Positions 54,991 through 64,000 of a stretch of DNA of 64,000 nucleotides are shown piece after piece. This DNA comes from Eledone cirrhosa. Taxonomy: Eukaryota. The notes below the pieces were generated by a model. It saw only the letters and a list, made by a program, of their open reading frames with translations, was not told the origin of the DNA and searched no databases. Location: the NCBI GenBank assembly GCA_964016885.1, contig OZ024742.1:325500001-325564000 (forward strand), in the 5' to 3' direction. Made by a program: the position numbers and the translations under genes. Every line of letters begins with the position of its first letter. Positions within the stretch are counted from its first letter, which is position 1.

Positions 54991-56024
54991 TTAATACAAT
55001 AACAGAAATAGTTCAAAGCTAAACTCTGACTGGTAACCATCTCACTCAACAAACATTAGGTTATATTTAAATATAAACTCAATTTAAGTGTTTGGGGTGC
55101 TAACAATATGTATAGTGTGGAAAATCCAGTTGTATTATTTTATGAGATATAATTAAAGTTAAAGTATATCTCTCTTTCCAAACAATTGTTTCATTATAAG
55201 TTTTCTACAAGTTGGGAGAATGTTTCCAGTTTATGTAGAAGCCTAATATATATTCATGTAAGAATATATTTAGGTGGGCACTTATAAATCATCAGTGGAA
55301 GCCCATTAAATTTTGATATCAGAAAATAATTTCTTACCGCTGTCAAAAATCGTGTCCGTAAAGTCACTCCCTCTCGCCTCGAATGACCGCCAAATTTGAA
55401 ATTCCAGCAGTTTTGGACTGAGGAAGTATCATAGCGACACGAAGCGGGAAGGGGAGACAACCCACGATCCACGAAATGAGGAAAAAAATAATATACACGC
55501 GGGTTAATTAGTTTTTTTGAAAACATTATCAATCCAACGTGTTTACGAACTCAATTGAAAATAAAAAAAATAAATATATGCTTGTATAAATTACACACGC
55601 ACATAGATATTTTCTTAGGCTAAATCAGAAGTTGTACCCGAATAAAAACCGCTTCTCATAACCGCAGTAAATGCAGAGAGTTATGCTATAAAGGGCAAAT
55701 GGGAATATAATTTTCCGGCCGAATTAAGAGTAAAATATAAAACACACGCGGGTTAATTAGTTATTTCAAAACCAATATTAATACCTCGTGTAAAGAACTC
55801 AATTAATAAAAGAAAATAAATGTATGCATGTAATTATATACGTAGGCATATATATATTTTCTTAGGCTAAAAAACAGAGAAGTTACAACCAAAAAAGCCA
55901 CAACATATCACAACAGTAATAAATACGGAATGTCAAATTCATAAGGTACCTGGAAATAAACACCTCTGGCCAATCAAGAGTAAATATTTAATACAATAAC
56001 AGAGATAGTTCAAAGCTAAACTCT

Positions 56025-56028
<4 letters not shown>
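54991..56028. mobile_element. TA-flanked ~1-kb element with 40-bp terminal direct repeats and a diverged internal ~250-bp tandem dimer
   Basis: aatacaataacaga(a/g)atagttcaaagctaaactctgact at 54993 and 55990; acacgcgggttaattagtt at 55495 and 55744. Confidence 0.6.
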
Positions 56029-56111
<83 letters not shown>

Positions 56112-56114
<3 letters not shown>

Positions 56115-57104
56115 GTTTCTCTTACTTTCTTTCGCCCCTTCTGTCATGTCAGTTAACACTTTCTCTCTACTGACCTCTTCCTCACACTTCCACCCACTCA
56201 CTCACTGTTTCTCCCCTTCTCACTTCACCCCGTTCCCGACGAAAACAATTTCCTTCTTTCTTACATTGATTTCATCTCGAAAGGTCTATTTTTTACGAGC
56301 TCATATATTCACCCAGCTTATGCTGACAGAATAACTATGTAGCTTGTGCCTCTTCCTATCTACGGTTAGCTTTTCTCTTTGTTGTTTACCTGTCTCACTC
56401 TCTTTACGCGTTTTAATTGTCCTAATAACTTAATTTAGTTATTATTGCACCAACGTGAGGTATATGATTTTTAATGCAATGAAATATCTATGATCGTTGG
56501 CAAATCACTGATGCGGGACTCATATTATAACATGTTGTCCATGTGCAACCTGCAGTATTCTTCTCCCCAATTTTTCACATATATTTACCTAAACTGCGAT
56601 TCTGTTTTTCTCTCTCTCTCTTACTGCTCTCTCGTTCTCTCTGTTTCTCTTACTTTCTTTCGCCCCTTCTGTCATGTCAGTTAACACTTTCTCTCTACTG
56701 ACCTCTTCCTCACACTTTCACTCACTCACTCACTGTTTCTCCCCTTCTCACTTCAGCCCGTTCGCGACGAAAACAATTTCCTTCTTTCTTACATTGATTT
56801 CATCTCGAAAGGGATATTTCCTACGCGCTCATATATTCACCCAGCTTATGCTGACAGAATAACTATGTAGCTTGTTCCCTTCCTATCTACGGTTAGCTTT
56901 TCTATTTGTTGTTTACTTGTCTCACCCATTTTACGCGTTTTAATTGTCCTAATAACTTAATTTAGTTATTATTGCACCAACGTGAGGTATATGATTTTTA
57001 ATGCAATGAAATATCTATGATCGTTGGCAAATCACTGATGAGGGACTCATTTTATAACATGTTATCCATGTGCAACCTGCAGTATTCTTCTCCCCATTGT
57101 TTCA
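56112..57104 (+). repeat. 528-bp-period partial tandem between (TA)n arrays
   Basis: 56112-56577 repeats at 56640-57104 with scattered mismatches. Confidence 0.9.
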
Positions 57105-57584
57105 TATATATATATACATATATGATATTGGGTCAATGAGAACTGATCTACCTTGAAATTGTTAATAATATAGTCCATTGCAAATTACAGTCCTGTGTGC
57201 TATGGTTTGAAACAATATACAATCAAGAGTAGCTACTTTGTTTGGTTGGGAAAAGCGTCAAATTGGTGACTGGCGTAAATAAGACCAAAACATCTAAAAT
57301 TGCAATACGGTTAAATGCAATAAAATTAGGCATTCCGTCTTTCGTATGGAGAACCAATGGACGCTTTCGGGATTTAGGTAGAATGGCCTGTTCGAAAGAT
57401 ATATAGGAGGCTCCATGCAACACTATGAGGATAGATTGTGCTTCATTCCCATATCTTGCCGCCTATCAACCTGACATCTGAGGCAAAATTTGGTAAAACA
57501 GACTTAACTATCAATTGTCATACATATGATACCATAAATGCATAAACAACAGTAAATATATTTGCAAACTATATACATTGATAA

Positions 57585-57800
57585 TGCTCTACTCAAGACA
57601 TGGAGTGCCAGTCAGCATTTCTTTCTGTACCTCTTGCAGAGAGGGTTTTCCAGTTATATGGTCCAGATATGTTTCGGTTTCCTTTTTTATCATTCGTAGT
57701 GCATCGACTATCCCTGTTATTGTGCAGGATGTAAGATGCCACAGTGTCTCAATTTCAATTATCAGATCTTTATATATACTGTGCTTTTGGAACTGAAACA
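57585..57800 (-). pseudogene. R4/Dong-clade RLE C-terminal fragment
   Basis: KHSIYKDLIIEIETLWHL..IVDALRMIKK..YLDHITGKPSLQEVQKEMLTGT. Confidence 0.75.
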
Positions 57801-58665
57801 TACGTCTCTTTAAATCACATTAATCGACCACACGCTCTATGGTATTTCATTTACCGACAACAAAAGAAAGAAGTTAACCTCAGCTGCATGTAAGATCGGA
57901 GTGAAGAAACCCAGAAAAGTACAGAGGCATTAAATCCGATCCTCTAAGGCCCCTACCAATCTGCCGCCTGAACAACGACAACTACTCATACATTTCAGTA
58001 ACGGATTGTGAGGGACATAATATTGTGAAGAAGTCGCAATAATCATTCTTCAACAATTAGGAATCGTCCTAAATAACATACCATATTACATTGATAATAC
58101 TGGTAGAAATAACTTTGACCAGAGTTTTGCATTGTAATATGAAACTCGGAATCAGATAATACGAAGCAGTTTTCTGAACTACACGCCTATTCCCACACTC
58201 ATTCAACCCACGGAGATATATCTGCATCATTTATCATGACATAACTGCGGCAGCAAGAGTCAGGGATAGCGAGCTTCATACACATACTGTAAGTTGCCAT
58301 AACAATTCAACATTGTGGTTAGCTGTAATTTTTTAGCAAATAAACTGATGGGATGAAAAATAGATTGGAACAGAAAGCTCACTTCCATCATTCACCTATC
58401 CAGATGACCTACAACATACTATCCGACGACAAGGTGAAATTATGTGAGGAGAATGAGAAAACTAAAACCCCGAACGAAATGAATGTGGCTAATATTATCA
58501 TACAACTGGGGAACTGCCAGACATCCACCTGTTTATTGCTACAACAACGTCGTATATCACTTGATACACAGACACAGAAACAAAAAAATGGACATATAAT
58601 CACATATGCATACACACATATATGTACATAAACACACATGCTCCGAAACACAAACATACATACTA

Positions 58666-58706
<41 letters not shown>

Positions 58707-58931
58707 TTATTCCTGGTATATATATATATGTTTATACATATTTATATATATATAAACATATATAAATATATAAATATATATATATATATATAAATAAATA
58801 TATTTATATATATAAATAAATATATTTATATATAGAAATAAATATATTTATATATATAAACATATATGTGTACATATTGTGTGTGTGCGTGCGTCTGTAT
58901 GTATAAATATATATATATATACATACTCACA

Positions 58932-59067
<136 letters not shown>

Positions 59068-60053
59068 CAAATATATACAGTGTCTGGAATTACTGAATTA
59101 CTTTCATAGTACGTATTCACGTGTTAGTGAGTCCTGCATCATGCGTGTATATGTGTGAAAATAAGTTGCTATCTCTATACACATATTAACGTATCTCATC
59201 TGTTACTATAACTATGAAATACTCTGCCAGACAGAGAGTGAGACAACCATTAATCTTTTATCTTTTCAGAAGTACATATGTTACGGAACGCCAATCCTGG
59301 ATTTAGTTTTTACTCTACTTTTTGTTTTCTTTCACTTTCTCCAAGGAATATGGCTAATGTTTCTAACAATATATATACTAAATTGATTAGTGTGTCTGGG
59401 TCATCGTGATCCTTAGTAGGATCATCTTCACTATGTATTTTCATCGTATTTATGTTCTTTCGTATTTTGCATGCTTCTGCTCGAATTTCCAGGCAAAAGT
59501 TTCGTTACATACCTTATGTATGGGTTGTAACTTCTGTTTTCTGTTGCATTAATGTACTGCGTAAATATTATACCACGCTGTTACTACTACTAGTATTTCT
59601 ATATTGTGTTCCTATTCATAAATTGTTGTAATTTGTTAGATATTTGTCTGAATGTATTTTAACCAGGTTGTTACCAAAACACCTAAACTCCCAGCATAGT
59701 AAACTGTTTTAATATTGTTATATACATATCTAAAGCCGTCCATCATAATTTTATGTAAAACATTTACTAAGGTGTGTTCCAAACATCAGCTCAATAGCAA
59801 TATCAGTAATATTTCTACATCCCTTCAGGTTATACGACATTTTCAAAATTATTTGAAAATCATAGTTATATATAAATATTTTGCAAATCATTCGCTAATC
59901 ATTTCATATCGATTACGCTCGTTGAATGAAAACATTAACCATGTATATTGAATGATAGGTTAATCGATATAATATTTAATGGTTGCACACTTTCACAATT
60001 TATTAGTCTGAATCCACACGACAGAACGAAATATTATTCTTATTATTATAATG

Positions 60054-60492
60054 GGGGTAGTTGAGTAGCAGTATCGGTAGAGCGCTTGTGACCCTACATA
60101 GAGTTACGGTCCTTTACGTTCTTAGTACAAATGCTGCCGAGTTTAACTTTGCCTTTCATCCTTACAAGGTCGATAAATTAAAGCACCATTAAAACTATGG
60201 GTGCGATTTAATCGACTTTGCCTTTCATCCAAAACGCTAGCTTTGTGCCTAAAGTAGAAACAATTATGATTAGGGCGCTGGATTGGCAGTATCGGTAGAG
60301 CATCGGACAACATTCTGTGTGGTATATTGTTACTGCGTTTACGTTCTTAGTTCAAATCCCACCGAGGTTCGCTTCGGGTTTCATTCTTACGGGGTCGATA
60401 AATTAAAGTATCAGTAACGAACTGAGCTCGATATAATCGCCTTTCAACCCCACCAAAAAATTACTGGCCTTGTGCCTAATGTAGAAACAATT
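60054..60492 (+). mobile_element. Two tandem MetaSINE-type SINEs (60054-60266, 60271-60492)
   Basis: Each with cagtatcggtagagc, core and ttgtgccta(a)..gtagaaacaatta end. Confidence 0.88.
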
Positions 60493-60924
60493 ATTATTAT
60501 TATCATTCTAGCTTTAGAAAATCAGCACAGAAGGAAGGAATGTTAACTTTTCTAGAATAAATCCGTTCCAATATACCATACAGATTTTTATCTTTTACAA
60601 ACAAAAAAACTAATTGATGACTCATGACTGGATACTATAACAGACAATTTGGTATGACAGGTGAGATATATTACTTTATTTGATAGTATGTTTGACAATT
60701 GGAGATAATGGAAAAGCTATAATGCAATATATTTATTAGCTGATTTATTCCCAGATCCCTTAAGTAGCCTCCGGATTACAGGCATGTGGAGAGCAAGTTC
60801 AAACTTTCGGTGTGAAATATATCTACATGTCTATCTAACTATCAATCCACTTATTAATCTCTCTCTCTTTCCTCTGTCTCTCTCTATATATAGGCACACA
60901 CGCACACACATATATATATATATT

Positions 60925-60971
<47 letters not shown>

Positions 60972-61004
60972 GATAGATAGACAAACCGCATAAAACGAGA
61001 ACCG

Positions 61005-61700
61005 GTCAGAAATGAGCTATGTTACCACAACAAGAGTACAAAAGTCGACACGATAATGTTGCCAGATACATCCATTGGATGATATCTGAGAAATGTGTGT
61101 TTATCAGAACAACTAAATGTTATGAGCAGAGACCAAAACGGATGTAAGAGAATGGCGAAGTTAAACTGTTGTTGGATTTCACTATACAATTCGGTAGAAT
61201 AGTTGAGGCAAGCAGGTCAGACATTTAAATTGTGAACAAGAAGAAAAAAGAAGCCCAAATTATCGATACCTCTATCTCAGCGTATAGTAGATTGAATGAT
61301 AAAGAACATGAACACATGGATAAGTATGACACCCTGAATAAGCATGTTAGAAAGTTGTTGTTAGATCATTGGGCTTGCAATCGAAAGGTTGTGAGTTCAA
61401 TTCTCAGACAGGGTGATGTGTTGTTTCCTTCAGCAAGACAGTTTATTTCACGTTGCTCCAGTTTACTCAGCTGTAGAAATGAGATGATAGGAGTGGGGTC
61501 CCTATCATTAAATTACCCAAGACACCTCCAACGAGAAATACCTTGGAGGAGGCCAGCTAAACCTGCAGAGTTGTTGGGGATGAAGAAGGCTTTAGTGATT
61601 CCAATTATGACTGGTGCATTGGAATGCATTTCGGACAGTTACATGTCATGCAGAAAACAGCACCTTTTGTTGCAGCAAGGATTTTAAGGAAATACTATAA
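61005..61700 (+). pseudogene. R4/Dong-clade RLE fragment interrupted by a SINE
   Basis: LPQQEYKSRHDNVARYIHW..ENGEVKLLLDFTIQ..EASRSDI..AQIID..KEHEHMDKYDTL..VIPIMTGALECIS. Confidence 0.85.
61361..61568 (+). mobile_element. tRNA-derived CORE-type SINE inserted in the R4/Dong fragment, TSD agttgttg
   Basis: Box B gagttcaattct; gttgtttccttcagcaagacag..ctcagctgtagaaatgag resembles the CORE domain; the LINE translation resumes after the TSD. Confidence 0.75.
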
Positions 61701-61802
61701 AGCACAGGAGAGGATGTTGACTGTTCCCTCACTGAAATATCCATATCGTTTACCATCTAAGTGTCTGAGATTTTAAAAAATGAATAATGAAATGCTAATA
61801 CT

Positions 61803-62170
61803 AATAATTGTTTCTCATATAGGCACAAGGCCAGCAATTTTGGGGGAGCGGAAAGTCAATTAAATCGACCCTTTTTTATTTTATCGACCCCTTAAGGATG
61901 AAAGGCACAGTTAACCTCGGCGGAATTTGAAATTAGATCATAAAGGACCGTAACTCTATGCTGCAAAGCATGGCGTCCGGCCCTCTACCGATACTGCCAA
62001 TCCACCGCCCTCATGCTAATACTAATAAAGATTTCTACTATAAGCACAAGGCTAACAAATGTAGGGGCTATGAAAGCCGACTAAATCGACACCAGTGCAT
62101 TACTTGTACTTTATTTCATCGAACCAGTAAGGATGACAAGGAAAGCTAACCTCGGCAGGATTTGAACTCA
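61803..62170 (-). mobile_element. Full-length MetaSINE-type SINE (61803-61990, TSD atgctaatactaataa) plus an older adjacent copy (62030-62170)
   Basis: Core and boxes; TSD at 61792 and 61993. Confidence 0.88.
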
Positions 62171-63131
62171 TTGTGTTGGTGGTGATTGTGGCAGTAGCAG
62201 TTACATTGATATTATGATGAATAGAATGATCTCTTTTAAACACCTTCAATTACAACTTTCTTCCTATGTAAATTCTGGTCTCGCCTTTATGATCATCAAT
62301 AACATTACCATCGTAATGCCGTAATGCTATTAATATTATTTAAGCAATTTGTATGTTGGCGCTATCATTACTGTTACTTTCATTATATAACACTATTTAA
62401 AATTTCATAAAAGCAGTAACAACAAAAACCAGAAAAAAAAACACAATCCCAAATATATGTTCTGTATATGAAAAATTGGCAATATAAACGAATTTCTTAA
62501 TTGAAACTGACATAGCATTAAAATAAAGACGGAAATTTTAATATTTCATTTAAGTGAATAACAGTAAATTTAGAATTTATTTTCAAGACATTTCATGTCA
62601 GTTAAGAAAATCGATCAAATGCACGGTAGGATATATTTATGCAAGAAATGGCTGACTTAGCAAATTTAGAATTACGTTCAAATAACCAATAAATTAATCT
62701 AAAGAACAATGTTTATCAGTTTTGGTATTTAACTAAATTATGGTTAATAGAATGGAACAAAATCTGAATAGAACAAATTGTCATGGAATTGTTAACGTAA
62801 TGTTTATAGATTGGTGCATTTCATGAATAGTTTTAGCAATATTTTATAACAATAGAAGAATGAATGTTTTATGCTGAACGATAAAATATCAGTGATTAAT
62901 CTTAAAATATTCATTGCAATTTCTAAGCTGAAAACATCGTAGATATTTCATTGTAGAAAACAGAATATAAATATCCACAGATCATAAAACGACTCATTTA
63001 CGAGCCAACAAGTAAATATCAACTCGGTCTGACAAAATGGCAGCTAGATTATCTCTAAACACACGTTACTATCATGGAAAATCAAAGATAATACTTAATC
63101 CTTGGTTCACATAAACAGACAGCATGATTAC

Positions 63132-63395
63132 CTGAAGAATGCGATTGATCATGTCTTTATTATTGAGGTTGACCTCAGGCAAAAAGAAACCATTGACAGC
63201 TAACAATGAATTATAAAAATCACGACAGAATATCTCAATTGTCTCTCTAATTGCTAAAGTAGCAGTCCAATATCCTTTTAAAGCACATACTAGCATCTTT
63301 AAGTGGATGAAACCATTAGAGAGTATGGTCTTGGTTTCATGGATATAAGGCACGATTTTCATTGTTTGGACGATTTGATCGCAGCGGACATGACA
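63132..63395 (-). CDS. Probable internal coding exon of an unidentified host gene (88 codons, phase 0-0)
   Basis: tttag|TGT..CAG|gtaatc; CHVRCDQIVQTMKIVPYIHETKTILSNGFIHLKMLVCALKGYWTATLAIRETIEIFCRDFYNSLLAVNGFFLPEVNLNNKDMINRILQ; complex, stop-free, no TE motif recognised. Confidence 0.55.
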
Positions 63396-63792
63396 CTAAA
63401 CCAAATTCAATCAATGTAGATAACGTTTATTTTTAATAATGCTAATTTTAATTGGTAGTTAGTTTTTTACCCTTACCTTCTGGGTAGAAAAGGAAGAGAT
63501 CAAGCATGACCGTTTCAAGTCGTCGCTTACTTCGGTGGCAGCGGCTGTATATGAGATTAAAGGAACCAAGTTGGTTGTATCTCAAGATAAGTGTAATTTT
63601 ATAACTGGTGCAGGTTGGAGGCAAGACGAATTAGAAGGAGAATGATAGGCAATGAGACATGTCTTGTTGAGAAGGAAAATAATCTATAGATATGAAAGCA
63701 AACAATACATCTGTAATTCTCTGGGGTTAACAGAGCATCGGATTCTAAACGCATTCAATGGGCCGCTCTTTGCAAATCAAATCATCACCGAA

Positions 63793-63828
<36 letters not shown>

Positions 63829-63966
63829 ATAATAATATATTTAAAGACTAACGTCCAAAGAGGACTCGATAAGGATAAATATATATCAAATATATATGAA
63901 CCGTAGAGCAAATATTTATTAAAATAACAAATTAAAATTTAAGCAAAGAATCGCCTCTCTCACCCT

Positions 63967-63998
<32 letters not shown>

Positions 63999-64000
63999 AT

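Noticed and set aside
58050-58450. Possible Tc1/mariner transposase remnant
   Set aside because: Only a faint HSP-like motif; no DDE/D motif or TIR found

Overview
AT-rich, microsatellite-saturated animal DNA, probably octopod cephalopod (inferred from a dominant tRNA-derived SINE with a MetaSINE-type core, plus CORE-type SINEs). It is almost entirely intronic or intergenic; the only reasonably convincing host exon is 63132-63395 (-), unidentified. Most ORF-track entries are microsatellite artefacts. Mobile DNA dominates: (i) Penelope-like elements (PLEs), namely a near full-length decayed Naiad-type element at 15.2-19.6 kb and several GIY-YIG 3' fragments; (ii) R4/Dong, RTE and CRE LINE fragments; (iii) many SINEs, several with target-site duplications; (iv) foldback/MITE elements. 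The most notable signal is a set of unrelated non-coding elements that sit in (TA)n arrays and carry type I hammerhead ribozymes (HHRs). Some are head-to-tail arrays with one HHR per 466-, 485- or 374-nt unit, i.e. retrozyme-like and predicted to yield circRNAs. Others are asymmetric head-to-head hairpins whose short arm ends at an internal TA. Several HHRs have non-canonical cores. A unique ~345-nt imperfect hairpin lies at 38.06-38.41 kb. All calls were made by eye, so coordinates may be off by a few bases.
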